Shown piece by piece: positions 1 to 12,599 of a DNA stretch of 63,106 bases. The stretch comes from Octopus bimaculoides. Its lineage: Eukaryota. The stretch lies in NCBI RefSeq assembly GCF_001194135.2, contig NC_068982.1:55075031-55138136 (forward strand), in the 5' to 3' direction. Positions within the stretch are counted from its first letter, which is position 1. Each line of letters begins with the position of its first letter. Below the pieces are notes generated by a model. The model saw nothing but the letters and a program-made list of their open reading frames with translations, made no database searches and was not told the origin of the DNA. A program made the position numbers and the translations under genes.

Positions 1-309
1 AAAAAAGGTAATGTAAAAGGAGAAAGGGCTCTATACCACTTTCTTATTTTTTTCTGACCAGGCTCTCGTGGTTTTATGGGTTTTTCCTCGTGTAACCTTT
101 CCTTTTTCGAAGCGCCTCCCCCTTCGGGGGTTTCTACTTATTTATTTATCTATTTATTTATCTATTTATTCATTATATCTTTCTCCGTTTTCTTCCTCTG
201 TTTAGACGAACTTTCCTACCTTTTCGGACAAAACCTTTTGTAACCTTCGTCCTGTCTTTGTCCTTATATGTTTTTAATTGATATTAGCCCTTGTGGCCAA
301 TAAAACGAA
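1..309 (+). mobile_element. Possible 3' end of an L1/Tx1-like LINE
   Basis: Pyrimidine-rich UTR-like tract ending CCTTGTGGCCAATAAAACGAA just before (TTA)n. The resemblance is from memory only; no coding remnant. Confidence 0.3.
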
Positions 310-770
310 TTTATTATTATTATTATTTATACTTTCTCTTTGTCACAGGTTTTGTTGGAGCTTCTGGAGTCTTGCATGCGTAGCGAACTTACTACCTGCA
401 GCCTACGATACCATGTTATTCATTCTTTTCAGCTATCTATTACTTTTCTGATTATTCTGACCGTGCCAAGGAGGCAAACCTTTTGTAACAGTTCTACCAA
501 GTACTCTATTCCAATTTCTTTTATATTCCTCTTGATGCTTTCTGATACGGTTCCCAAGGATCCAAATATAATTGGCACTATCTTCACCTTCATTTTCCAG
601 AGCCGGGCTATTTCGTACTTAAGAGGGTTGTATCTATCTATCTTTTCACCTTCCTTCTTGACTGTTCGTGAGTCAAAGAGGCATGCAACGTTAACTATAT
701 GTGATGCACCTTGTCCACTACAACTAGGTCCGGTCTGTTATGCTCTAGTACCTGATCATATTAGATAAAT
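310..770 (-). mobile_element. 5'-truncated RLE (R4/Dong-like) non-LTR retrotransposon, 3' end
   Basis: Minus frame IVNVACLFDSRTVKKEGEKIDRYNPLKYEIARLWKMKVKIVPIIFGSLGTV...LLQKVCLLGTVRIIRKVIDS* is a typical RLE C-terminus, followed by a short UTR and (TAA)n tail at 310-328. ORF 340-768(+) is its antisense. Confidence 0.85.
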
Positions 771-1099
771 AATTAAAAGGCTAACTGTTCATTGTTGGTT
801 GTTGAAATATACATAACTTTGTCATTAATTATCATCAAGAAAGCAATCAATGGCAGAATCAGCGGCTCACCAGACAAACGTATTATGGTTTAATTATGTT
901 TTCAAACGCATTAAATTCTAGGGCAGAGATCAACTCTACTTTACATCTCTCATGAGTAAAGAAAAATATACGTTAAGAACTGGGGAAGATCTTTCGTCTG
1001 TCCTTGCATCCAAGTAAGGAATTTTTATCAGGAATACATTTGTCTAAGTCAGACATTCCAATCAAAACAACCTAAAGTCTGGTAAGTTATCTATATTGG

Positions 1100-1420
1100 G
1101 AGAAGGCGCGTGGCTTATTGGCTAGGGTATTCGGCTCACTATCGTAAAGCCGTGAGTTCGATTTCCGGTCACGCGTCTTGAGCAAGAAATTTATTTCTCG
1201 TTCCTCCAGTCCATTCAGCTGGCAAACATGAGCTGTACCCGTAATTTAAAGAGCCAACTTTCTCACACTCTATGTCACACCGAATCTTCCGAAGAATTGC
1301 GTTAAGGGTACGCGTGGCTGGGAAGTGTCACTTATACATTAATTTTACGAGCAGGCTGTTAGGTTGATCGTATCAACTGGATCATTCGTCGTTGTAACAG
1401 ACGGAGAACCAGGCCATCTA
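1100..1420 (+). mobile_element. SINE family A, degenerate
   Basis: tRNA-like head with A/B boxes; 3' body matches the copy at 2131-2513. Confidence 0.7.
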
Positions 1421-2130
1421 CAGCGGATACAATAAATTTCTTTTGATCGTTTCAATATTTTATTAAATATGTTTTCCAGATATATATCTTGCATCTAGCG
1501 GGAGTTAAAAGAAAAAAAGTTTAATTCTCGCTACTGCTCTATCAAGTTAAACAAAATACATATGTAGTTGTTGTGTTAGACTTCTATAATGACAGCGGTA
1601 TTCATATTTTATTGGAGGCGGCCGAAAATAAAAATAGAAATAATGGTAATAACATGTCAGAAAGTCGATGTGGTTGGTAACAAGAACAACAAAAATAAGA
1701 ACGCAAACAAAAGAAAACAATAATATAACAAAAGTACCAGAAATATTTAATAGTGAAATTGCGAGAAAACAGTGTAATTAGACATAATGCCAGTAACTGG
1801 ACGAAACAGAAAACTTTCTCAACCAAACACAATCGTGTCAACAGAAGTATAGGCAACTGTCTTTTTAAAATGTGCGATGACAATAAAATTCTCACGTTCA
1901 AGCAGAGAAATAAAGCAGAAAGGTTTGTGAGGTGCTTATATCGTAGTGTATAAAAGAAAGACATTCAGGAACGGTGAAATAGAGACGCAAAAATATTCCG
2001 TATTATTGTGGATAGCCTTGTGTGGTACTTATATGGTACAATATAAAAAAGGATATGGAACAGCAAAAGTGATCTGAATAAGGGAGCACAGCGCAAAAAT
2101 ATATACTATGCTGTTCTATAGGTCTGGAGT

Positions 2131-2513
2131 GGAGGCGCAATGGCCCAGTGGTTAGGGCAGCGGACTCGCGGTCATAGGATCGTGGTTTCGATTCCCAGAC
2201 CGGGCGTTGTGAGTGTTTATTGAGCGAAAACACCTAAAGCTCCACGATGCTCCGACAGGGGATGGTGGCGAACCTTGCTGTACTCTTTCACCACAACTTT
2301 CTCTCACTCTTACTTCCTGTTTCTGCTGTGCCTGTAATTCAAAGGGTCAGCCTTGTCACACTGTGTCACGCTGAATATCCCCGAGAACTACGTTAAGGGT
2401 ACACGTGTCTGTGGAGTGCTCAGCCACTTGCGCGTTAATTTCACGAGCAAGCTATTCCGTTGATCGGATCAACTGGAACCCTCGTCGTCGTAAGCGACGG
2501 AGTGCCAACACAA
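2131..2513 (+). mobile_element. SINE family A (tRNA-derived, Octopus OR-like), full length
   Basis: Head GGAGGCGCAATGGCCCAGTGGTTAGG...GTTTCGATTCCC; TSD TATAGGTCTGG at 2117-2127 and 2514-2524; near-identical copies at 30.2 and 31.7 kb. Confidence 0.92.
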
Positions 2514-2673
2514 TATAGGTCTGGGACTGGTTCTACTTAATCTAACATCTATGTGGTGTTGAGATGTGAGGATGTAAAAGCACATGATTTGGTTGCGGTG
2601 TGTGGTGGTTGCGATAAAGAACTTAGTTTTATTCTCTTTAAAAGTGTGTCTTTCTCTAAGAGAAAAAGCCGAA

Positions 2674-3079
2674 GAAAATTGGAGTTAAGAGTTGAAAAGT
2701 AGTAAACTGAAATGTTTGAAGGTACGTGAAGACATTTCGTTTCCATTGACAACAAACAATTACAAAACTAACAGCTGCAACAACAAGCAACTACAACAAT
2801 CACAGTCGCTACAGCCGTGGTTACACCAGGAGCAGTAACAACATTAAGCTGAAAAGTGTTGGTCCAACCAACAATAGGTGCAAGAAAATTGGAGTTAAAG
2901 GTGAAAAGTAGAAAACTGAAATATCTGAAAGCACTTGAAGACATTTTGTTTCCATTGACAACAAACAATAATAAAATGAACAACTGAAACAACAGAAGCA
3001 ACTACAGTAGCCACAGTTGCTACAACCATCATTACACCAGGAATAGCAACAATATTAAGCTGAAAGTGTTGGTCCAACC
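2674..3079. repeat. Diverged ~210-bp tandem duplication
   Basis: 2674-2869 and 2883-3079 align (AGAAAATTGGAGTTAA...GTGTTGGTCCAACC). Confidence 0.9.
2895..3078 (-). pseudogene. Candidate terminal exon with a transmembrane-like segment
   Basis: Acceptor ttttttgcattgcag|G; frame LDQHFQLNIVAIPGVMMVVATVATVVASVVSVVHFIIVCCQWKQN...*; 1-nt indel relative to the duplicate copy. Confidence 0.5.
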
Positions 3080-3148
3080 TGCAATGCAAAAAACTGCAGT
3101 GGAAAACAAAATGTGAGGAGAAAACATGTCAATAAATACTTAAGTTAC

Positions 3149-3525
3149 TGAAGACGAACAAAAATACAGCACAACGTCATCCGGAGATCCTAGTTCTGTA
3201 CAAATAACTAGGATAGCCTCAAGTATTTTCGAGTTCATGGCATAAAACTGTCTCATTCCGAAACAGTTTTATAACTGGAAAATTTACAGCATTTCATTGT
3301 TGAAAATTGCATAACAATCGATTGAATGATTATGTTATTGACGATTTTGTCTTCAATGCACACAGAGGAATGCAATTTCTGCCGCTGCTGTTTTCTTGCA
3401 TTGCGAAGATGATTCTTTGTAATTTTCAACTTATAAAATGATTTTGTCTGGTACAGTTGGTGCCCATAAGCCATATAAATATACGGAGTTCGATTTCAAC
3501 AGTGAAAGACAATATTTCAACTGAT
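3149..3525 (-). pseudogene. Candidate decayed exon
   Basis: Acceptor aacttcag|AT, donor TCA|gtaact; flanked by 76-nt and 70-nt introns; several stops and a probable frameshift. Confidence 0.4.
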
Positions 3526-3601
3526 CTGAAGTTACACAGGAGCGCCCCCCCCCCACGTATGAAGTATGTATATAAATATGTAGAAAATTTATTTTGTTTA
3601 C

Positions 3602-4039
3602 AGACCCACGCTTGCAATCCAGTATAACGTCTTCATGTATTTGAGACATTGTCATATGATTGAATGTACCCGTTTGGTATCGAAATATTGTTTTCTTGCA
3701 GGGACCCTATTTTCTGCCAGCTAAATTCTTCGTCTCTCTAAGGAAGATGGAAATGAATTTGAACCATTGTACTTTCAGGAATTTTCAGGAAATTAAATAT
3801 TAATTGATTAATATGTGCATCATCCAGAATATCGACACGTATTGAAAAATATGACAGATTTTTGGATGTTGACATTTTTATTGATCCATTGAGAGTCCAG
3901 TGATCTACTATTACTGTATCTTTTGTATACGACAGTTGTGGATATATCAGAAGGTGATATTACATCTCATTAGCATTCTTAGTTAACGTTACGAAATCAT
4001 GTGTTTCTTCAAATACTTCCGTAAGTGAAACTTGAGTAT
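3602..4039 (-). pseudogene. Decayed 438-nt symmetric phase-1 exon
   Basis: cccttcatttgcag|AT + 145 codons + T|gtaaac. Only 3 stops (TAA, TAG, TGA) and no frameshift: DTQVSLTEVFEETHDF...YPQLSYTKDTVIVDHWTLNGSIK...IPNGYIQSYDNVSNT*RRYTGLQAWV. Confidence 0.65.
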
Positions 4040-4105
4040 CTGCAAATGAAGGGTTCATATGAAAAATTCCATGCAAGAGTAGAATAAATGTTGATAGTGT
4101 TGATT

Positions 4106-4542
4106 GGCGCAGGAGTGGCTGGGTGGTAAGTAGCTTGCTTACCAACCACATGGTTCCGGGTTCATTACCACCGCGTGGCACCTTGGGCAAGTGTCTTCTA
4201 CTATAGCCTCGGGCCAACCAAAGCCTTGTGAGTGGATTTGGGAGACGGAAACTGAAAGAAGCCTGTCGTATATATGTATATATATGTATATATGCATATA
4301 TATGTATATATGTATGTGTATGTATGTGTTTGTGTGTCTGTGTTTGTCCCCCCCCCCTCCAGCATCGCTTGACAACCGATGGTGGTGTCTTTACGTCCCC
4401 GTAACTTAGCGGTTCGGCAAAAGAGACCGATAGAATAAGTACTAGGCTTCCAAAGAATAAGTCCTGGGTCGATTTACTCGACTAAAGGCGGTGCTCCAGC
4501 ATGGCCGCAGTCAAATGACTGAAACAAGTAAAAGAGTAAGAG
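4106..4542 (+). mobile_element. SINE family B (CORE-like CCTTGGGCAAGT, internal microsatellite)
   Basis: Head GGCGCAGGAGTGGCTG...GGTTC, internal (TA/TG)n, tail GGTGCTCCAGCATGGCCGCAGTCAAATGACTGAAACAAG. Confidence 0.9.
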
Positions 4543-5495
4543 TGTATCCAGATCAGAAGCAGTAGGAATGAACCAAACCTATAAAGTCTGTTGTTTTCAT
4601 TTTTCTTTACAGAGTTTTTTCCTGTTTTGTGTTCCACTAAGATATATCCGTTTCATTCCTGTTAAAAATTACAAAATCATATTTTGCAAAAATTACAAAA
4701 GCACATTCTGAAAATGTTTCAAAACTACGTACACAACAATGAATGATGTATGAAATTAAGCGATGAAATACGAGATCAAATTCTGCATCAAGCTTTTCAA
4801 AAACTTTAAAAAATATTCAATGTAAATTATTATAGATATCAATTTACCGGAAATGGGTTTTGTGAAACAAATTATTAAGTGTATACGATTCGGCTTAGTT
4901 TTCTGTACGATAGAGTATGATGACGTGTTTATCCTACAGTTAGCTATATTCTATGAACTGTTTAACAGTTCATGCAGCTTGTAACATCTCTTGAGCATTG
5001 TATTAGACGTATATAAAACTGCATATTAAACGTGGAAACGCAAAGAAGTAGTAGAGTGATGGACTGTGGCTGTACCAATTGTGTCAGATGACAAACACGA
5101 AGAGTTTCCGAGTACATAGATCAATTATACACTAGATAACGTAGTTTCAACATGTATTTTGCTTCTAAGAAGGCAGCGATTTCCCATTAACTCTACTGCT
5201 ATCTAATAATATAAACCCGAGACAACTCTCTAACTACAGGAAATTGTAACCAAATATTCTCCAGATTCTGCGTTGCTGTCTTCAAATTGGTTATTTCAAA
5301 ATAAATTAATACAGAAAATAATATTAATGGGAAAAATAGGAGTTGATCTCGGTTAGAATGCCGGTAGAAGGATGACATTTCAGAGAACAGAAAATTCTCT
5401 CCCAATACATGCAGATATCATAGAACGATAGAAGCTAAATCTCAGCACATAAAAGGAGACCCTGATGACTGTACAAATATATGATTCTTACATAC

Positions 5496-5649
5496 CTTCA
5501 AAATCTTTATGCAAAACCGGTGAACAACAAAAATAATCCGGAAAATGTATGACTTGACCGTGTACAGAATAATGATATCCAACGTGGTCATAATACTTTC
5601 ATATTTCTGAAAAGATTCAACATAATCGGCTTTAAAATTCCTTCCATAT
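5496..5649 (-). pseudogene. Candidate 154-nt exon with an open frame
   Basis: gcatcctag|A...AAG|gtatgt; YGRNFKADYVESFQKYESIMTTLDIIILYTVKSYIFRIIFVVHRFCIKILK. Confidence 0.4.
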
Positions 5650-5715
5650 CTAGGATGCATTATAACAAAAGAAATATAAGCGAATATAGTAAAAATTGAA
5701 ATCATCTTGTTATTC

Positions 5716-5950
5716 AAAGGTTACACTTGTTTCAGTCATTGGACTGTAGCCATGCTAGGACACCGTCTTGAAGTGTTTAGCGGTATTTCGTCCAACTCTA
5801 TGTTCTGAGTTCAACCTCCGCTAAAGTCGACTTCTCTTTTATCCTCCCGGGGTCGCTAAATAAGTACCAGTTGAGAACTGGGGTTGATGTAACCGACTTA
5901 CCCCATCCTGGATTTGGTGGTCTTATGCTAAAATTTGAAATCAATATATA
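5716..5950 (+). mobile_element. SINE B tail fused to SINE C
   Basis: CAGTCATTGGACTGTAGCCATGCT followed by GTTCTGAGTTCAA...GGGTCGCTAAATAAGTACCAGT. Confidence 0.7.
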
Positions 5951-6069
5951 ATTTCATCAAATAGTTCATTCTTGTTTGAATTTAATTTCTCGTTTCATTT
6001 TAAGGCCTCAACAATAAATATTTCCTGCAGGACTGGGAGCAATGTTTTCACCAGTACACTTCCAGCTAC

Positions 6070-6265
6070 CTCAAAATTTCTGGTTTTGTGTCTTCACCAG
6101 GAATCAATATATCATAGTGAGTCATTGCTATCTTGTGTTATATTCCTAAACACCTGTATTTCAGAGCAGCTCATCTCCATTTCTGAGACTACCATATTGT
6201 ATCCTAGCTGCATGCAATACCCACAATTTGTAATCAATTTATCTTCCTTAACTCCCGCATATAAT
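6070..6265 (-). pseudogene. Candidate decayed exon
   Basis: ctctcacag|...GAG|gtagct; 50 open codons LYAGVKEDKLITNCGYCMQLGYNMVVSEMEMSCSEIQVFRNITQDSNDSL, then TGA stops. Confidence 0.3.
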
Positions 6266-6565
6266 CTGTGAGAGTTTGATTAGAAAGTCGCAGATAATTA
6301 GGTGGAACCCTGACTCTTTTCTTTATTTGTTTCTTTAAGTATTTTTATCGTTTTTCTTTTCTTTATTTATGTATAATTTTTTTTATTATTTATCTTATAT
6401 GTAGTTCATAAACAATACGATCGACAGCGTACACAAGTAACAATTATTGCAAACATGTCAGACACTCCCATTAAGAAAACGTGTGTTAAATGCATTTTCG
6501 GTTACATTACATAAACACAGCAGAATATCACTATATTTGATCTAACTTCCAGTCAAAGAGATTCA

Positions 6566-6680
6566 CTTTCTTCGCTGCATGATATCTCTGATGTACACAT
6601 GCGCGCAAGAACAAGGGAGCTCGCTTTCTTCGCTGCATGACACCTCTGACGTAGACATGCGCACAAGAACAAGAGAGCTT
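6566..6680. repeat. 58-bp tandem duplication
   Basis: CTTTCTTCGCTGCATGA...AAGAACAAG(G/A)GAGCT units start at 6566 and 6624. Confidence 0.9.
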
Positions 6681-6934
6681 TTAAAATACATATTCTTCTT
6701 GGACTTGTCTCACGCTTCCACAATCCAGCTATTTAAGGAGGCAAGACTTTGTAACGAAGATCTTAGTGGAAATTTGGGTTTAGGATCTGCATTTAGCACC
6801 AATATACTTCTCTTGGTAAATTTCACAACAGTCAGTTTCACTTAAAAAGGTCGATTCGATCAAACGTGGAAACAGTAAGTAAAGAACTTCGTGGATTAGT
6901 TGTGAGATTATGTGTGTGTGCATAATTGTCCCAC

Positions 6935-7990
6935 TCAGCCTAAATCACGACCCAACATAAAAGCATGTACGTTGTCTCTCAATCTGCTATATATAACAAT
7001 TAAATCGGTTAAAGCACACTGTAATAACTTTAAAAGTCCCATTAAATAATATGATACATGAGGTACTCCGCTTAGGAAAGGAGGTGAGACGCTCTGAATT
7101 GAAGTAGCCGCGGTGGTAGCAAGAGTATGGATGAACCCAGACAAACAGATGGTTTTGCAACTTGGCACATGGAGAAGCAAAACCATGTCGGTCAGCGTTT
7201 CTTACAGGACTAAAACTCCTACTAAAGAGCTGGATATGCTGAACAAATCATGATAAATCTGGCAGTCAGTAAGTTTTGACTGAACGAACACGTGGAAAAC
7301 GTTTCTATCAATCTCCGTATATCTCGTACATTTATACAACTCAGCTTTTAGCATAGCTGTGGCTGAAGGATTTGGCCAGTACGATGCAAAGTCTTCCACC
7401 TCGATAGCACTCTGAGGTCAAGGATTCTCGGAAGTAATCCATAATCCTTTTAGTGAAAGTTTTGCGGAATTGACTATTTCATATTCATCGACATCAAGAT
7501 TATCATCCATAACATAGTCATTCACATCATATTAAATGCTTGACTTAAAATCCTGATTTACATTGGTTCCCAGAAATGCAGTTCTGTCAAAGAAACGGAA
7601 CGGCATTTTTTTTAACGAGAGGAACCCACCGAGGAGGGAAATAAAAAAATAACCCAACTGAGCCACATTTAGCCTGGAAGAAAGCATAACAGACAGGCGA
7701 TAACATATCATGGTAGCATTTAAGGTACTCATCATCTCTTGATCTTTCAGCGAGAGCTTTGCAGTTCATAAGCATCTCGAGATCGGGAAGGAACCAACCC
7801 CAAACATTTCTATCATACCTGTGGTCCAACGGCAGATGCTAGTTGACGAAGTGTTGCCTTTCCAAGAGCTGGATTGCAAGCCTATCGATTTGTTCTAGTT
7901 AATGCATATTAATGTTACCACCGTATTTCTTCTGGATGGTGTCGACCATTTTTATTTCTGACTTGTGTGACACGTTCGAGTATTCAGATG
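6935..7990 (-). pseudogene. Decayed ~1-kb ORF of unassigned family
   Basis: ORFs 7587-7829, 7532-7735, 7202-7399 and 6935-7186 join into about 350 codons with one frameshift and about 5 stops. Confidence 0.55.
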
Positions 7991-8276
7991 AGTATAGGGC
8001 AAAACATCCCAAGGACAAAAACGAACCCCACTCGAACAGAACCCCCTACGTTAAAGTGCGAAAGAGGACAAAACTCCCTCATTTATAATTCTGGTGGACG
8101 TGTACAATAAACACCCCACCCACTTTTTTTCTTTTTTACAAATTCCGACGTTCTGCGCAAGAGGGATTTCGATTCTAACAAAAAAAATTCGGCATTTTTT
8201 TCTAAAATTCAATTGAAGTGGAGTTTGTTGAAATTGGTGGTGAAAATTGTGGTTTTATTGCTAGTTACAACTTTGG

Positions 8277-8282
8277 TGATGG

Positions 8283-8341
<59 letters not shown>

Positions 8342-8353
8342 GTGGTGATGATG
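8277..8353. repeat. (GAT)n microsatellite
   Basis: Read directly from the sequence. Confidence 0.98.
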
Positions 8354-8543
8354 AGTGTTTTTGACTTGTAAAACACATTTCTTGAAGTAAATGCCTTGTT
8401 AGAATTCAGAAAATATGTTCATTGCGTAGTAAAGTCAATTGTGTTCAATCATTTTATTCCACTTATTTATTTTCGATTGAAAATATTGTTGTATATTTAA
8501 AAATTAAGTGATTTCGAGTTAGCTAAAATGCAGGGAGAAGTAT

Positions 8544-8750
8544 ATTGCATTTTCCGGCATACAAGTCGACATAGTATATAGTGTAAAAACGTTGTGTAAA
8601 CATTCAAACATCGTTACTGTCTTTCCAAATCCGGCTGCATTTCACATGAAATTTTTGGTCTTCCAAAATCATCTTGTATAAGTCGACCTACCTTCATTTG
8701 GCTGTAATTTTTTATCTGAGAAATTCGACTTGTACGCCACAAAAGACAAT
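8544..8750. mobile_element. Tc2/pogo-like MITE
   Basis: Imperfect TIRs ATTGCATTTTCCGGCATACAAGTCGA (8544-8569) and TCGACTTGTACGCCACAAAAGACAAT (8725-8750). Confidence 0.65.
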
Positions 8751-9622
8751 ATCTGAAAGAAAAGTCTTTGGATCACATCTAATCGTTCGACCGACACGGA
8801 CTGATTTGGAGCTTGACAAAAACAACAATCAGACAAAATTATTGATCGATTTTTCAACATCTGAAAACTCATTACGATACAACTTTTGTTGTGCATCATT
8901 TCAAGGATTTTATTAGAGTTGATGATAGATATTCTTTCAAGGAACTAACAGTTTTAGATCCTTGTCATTACATATGTAATACAGACAAAAGGAAAACAGC
9001 TTATGTGAGTCGTCTGTTTCATTAAGTCTCGTACCTTTTGGCAGTTTTAAACTATACATGTGTTACATCTCAAACAAAGCAGACATTAATGTTTAACAAG
9101 TGTTAGCTACATCAAACAAGTTTTAACTCTCCATGTCTTGTACCCACACACATTCACATTTCACTATGAAGCTTTCCACACATTTAGTACCCACATTTCA
9201 TGCCGTTTCTTTTCTTTTTTTCTTTTTTTATTTTTCGGCGAAAGAGAACACTGTCTTTCATTGGTAGGTCTGGTAGAAACATTGAAAGACAAACGGAGAA
9301 ACTCTTGGTTTGCTACATAATGAAATACATTCAACAAAGGCTAGATAAGATAGTTTAGAAAAAATATTTAAACAAATATGAAAATTTGACAAAAAAAAAT
9401 TTAAAAGGCGAAAAACATACTCAAAAAATGTTTGTAATTATAAAATAAGTGGAGAATAGCGAAGAAAGAATGGAATCAACACATAGACAAATACAGAGAA
9501 AAATAGGAAGAAAAGAAATTTTTAAAAAATAATGTAATGCTTAGTAAAAAAAAATAATGGTTCTTAGATGTAATTCTTAGATCTGATTGTGTAAGCGCGT
9601 GTGTGAATGCATATACATACAC

Positions 9623-9658
<36 letters not shown>

Positions 9659-10210
9659 ACGTGTTAGTGTATGTGCGTGTGTGAATGTGTGCATGTGTGT
9701 GTGTGAGTGCGTGCGCGCGTATCAAAAGTATATAAAACAAACCACACGTATATATTAATTTTTTCACAGAGGCAAATCATTAATCTTTCCCAGCTGTGTT
9801 GATGCTAAATAATAACATTAAAATAATAATTACAAATACTAAATATATTAACAATATATCAACTAACTCGTATCCTCCGCATCTTTCTTCGCCTATAACA
9901 ACACTTGCTCCACATTTCGTTTCTATACGTCTTCAAGCATCTCTCTATCTCTGTAGCTATCTCGTTCTTTCACTATCGTTCTTCTATCTTCGTTATTTAT
10001 AACGTCGACTAATTTATGACAACAAAGTAACTTAATTCAAAAATCTTTAGAAATGGAAAGTAAAGAAATTAACGGATGGAAGAAGGACGGCAAGGAAGAC
10101 GAAAAACAGAAGAGAGAGGAAAAGAAAGAAAGAAAGAAAGAAAGAAAGAAATTATGGCAATAAAGAAATATACTAGATAACAGAAACAAATATAAAATAA
10201 AAGCAAGATA

Positions 10211-10835
10211 GGCGCAGGAGTGGCTGTGTGATAAGAAGCTTGATTCCCAACCACATAGTTCCGGGTTCAATCCCACTGCGTGGCACGTTGGGTAACTGTC
10301 TTCTACTCGGGCCGACCAAAGCCTTGTGAGTGGATTTGGTAGACGGAAATATATATATATATATATAAACGCTTAGTTTAGAATGGTGGCAGCTGATGAA
10401 GGAAATGTTCTCTATGTGGCCTGTGTGTTTTTCTGTGCTCTGTTTATGTTCTGTTTTTCATTTTGTCGACGTTTTTTTGTGACGTCCTGTACCCAGATAT
10501 GTATCTATATATACATGTAGATATAGGTATGTATATACATGTACGTATATATATACGTACTCACATATTATTCGTATTATTATACTCACATATTATTTGT
10601 ATTATTATATATATATATATATACATACATGCATGTTTGTATTTATGTGTCTGTTTGTCCCCCAACATCGCTTGACAACCGATGTCGTGTGTTTACGTCC
10701 CTGTAACTTAGCGGTTCGGCAAAAGAGACCGATAGAATAAGTACTAGATTTACAACGACTAATTCCTGGGGTCGATTTGTTCGACTAAAGGCGGTGCTCC
10801 AGCATGGCCGCAGTCAACTGACTGGAACAAAAAAA
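10211..10835 (+). mobile_element. SINE B with an insertion in its internal (TA)n
   Basis: Head at 10211, tail at 10650-10835; foreign segment at about 10365-10500. Confidence 0.85.
10365..10500 (+). mobile_element. Penelope-like short repeat; second copy at ~15640-15768 (-)
   Basis: Both copies share ATGGTGGCAGCTGATGAAGG...CTATGTGGC...TGTACCCAG. The Penelope assignment is an inference. Confidence 0.45.
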
Positions 10836-10869
10836 GCGAATAAAAAAAAGAATCAAAGAAATGAAATGA

Positions 10870-11150
10870 GAAAGGAAGAAGTAATCCTTTCTATTACAGG
10901 CACGAGACCTGAAATTTGGAGAGAGGAGGCGAATCAATTTCCATGTCCTCGATGCTCAACTGGTAGGTATTTTGTCGTCCCCTTTAGAATGAAAGGAAGT
11001 CAACCTCGGCGGAATTTGAACTTAGACCTAACAAAAAAAAATGAATAATAAATAAATAAATAAATAAAAAAGAGAGAGAAAGTCGAAGAAATGCCTTTGG
11101 GGATTTATGTGCAGTGTGCTAATGAATCTGCCATTTCACCTTTTTAAGAG
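10870..11150 (-). mobile_element. SINE family C
   Basis: Reverse complement of GCAGATTCATTAGCAC...GTTCAAATTCCGCCGAGGTTGACT...GTGCCTGTAATAGAAAGG. Confidence 0.75.
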
Positions 11151-11959
11151 AAAGGAAGAAATAATAGAAAGAAATATGAACGAATAATAGAAAGACTGAT
11201 AAAAAAAGAAAAAGCAGAAACATAGAATAGCTTTTCGAAGCTTTGTTAAAATGTAAAGATATTTTATCCAGAAATTTCTAAAAGAAACGCTAGTTGTCTC
11301 ACTTTTTTTTCAGCGGCGTGAGTTGTGTTTATTGGCCTATTAGTTAGTCTGTCAACATCTCAGCGCATGAATCATTAGTTTGTATTTGTGTGTAAGTATA
11401 ACGTTTCCAAATTAAGATGTCGTTTAAATTCATTCAAGTTAATTTAGATAGCAAGAATAACACAACTCACTTTTAAAAGCGCATAATCCGAAGTCTCCCC
11501 GCCTCCAAGTGGTTCACACATAGTTGTGATGCAGCAGTACAGGTGAGGAACACGATCTTACAACACCTGCAAAATCTCACCTGCCACCACCACCACCACC
11601 ATCACCAACAACAAGAACTGGCATGCTTTCTCTTTTTACCTCCAACTACAACTCCTGCAAGAGTAACTATATTTAAAAAGAAAATTAAAACAAACCACCT
11701 GCAAGCTGAATCACCTCTTATATATTACATCCCGTCCTTCTGGTTCTCCCGCTAAGAGGATCTCTACTAACTTTACGCAATTCTCCTACTCACTGTAAAC
11801 AATATTATCTTGTAAGCAGTACTCTCAGCTCCTACATTTGTTGTTCAATTTGTTTTCAACTTCACAATGCGCACATTCGACAAAACTCCTTCAAAATTTC
11901 TATTCTATTAATCCGCCTCCACGTACGTACACGCCAAGTACGAAATCAACAAATCAACG

Positions 11960-12200
11960 CATCCACCAAACTTTAATGGCTTCCAAACAATTCGTTCTTC
12001 CATGATCCTCAAACAATGTGCTGAACAATTCGCTCCTGTTCTCGTTAGCACCATTCTTTTTCTCTCTCTCTGAGTGCTGTAATTCCATTCAGTATTTAGA
12101 AACATGCCATAGTCCGTTTATGTCCCATCACCGCCAAGAAATATTTTGCCAAATATCGAACTCATAAATTTTCTCATTAAACCTCCGAAATCTGACGACA
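11960..12200 (+). mobile_element. Degenerate CR1/L2/Jockey-type RT fragment
   Basis: MILKQCAEQFAPVL...FSLSLSAVIP..*KHAIV resembles the start of the LINE RT domain. Confidence 0.45.
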
Positions 12201-12599
12201 TCCATATGCAATCTAGACAGCCCATGTTAAACCTGCACTGCATGTAAGAGCAGTGTCCTTATAAACATCCTCCAATGAAGATATAATAATCTTGTCTCTT
12301 TCAACACAACAAGGTTGCACCTCACCCTCTCTAATCATGAATAAAAAGCAGTTAAAGTTAGAACGTTACCACAGATGCTAGATCTCACAATTTTTGGCAA
12401 CCTAAATACTTAGAATATTAAAAAAAAAACTCCCAAAAGTAAGTCTTCTTCAGGCCCAGAAAATACATTAGTTTTGATTATTTGAAGACCCTTTACAAAA
12501 CTTCAATAAAATTTTAATGGAGAACTCTTCCCATTTTGGGGAGGGAGATGGATGCTAGTTACATATATGAATATCTATATCCCAAAGCATATAAACTTA

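Noticed and set aside
2131-2210. tRNA gene calls at SINE heads
   Set aside because: They continue into SINE bodies with TSDs and do not form clean cloverleaves.
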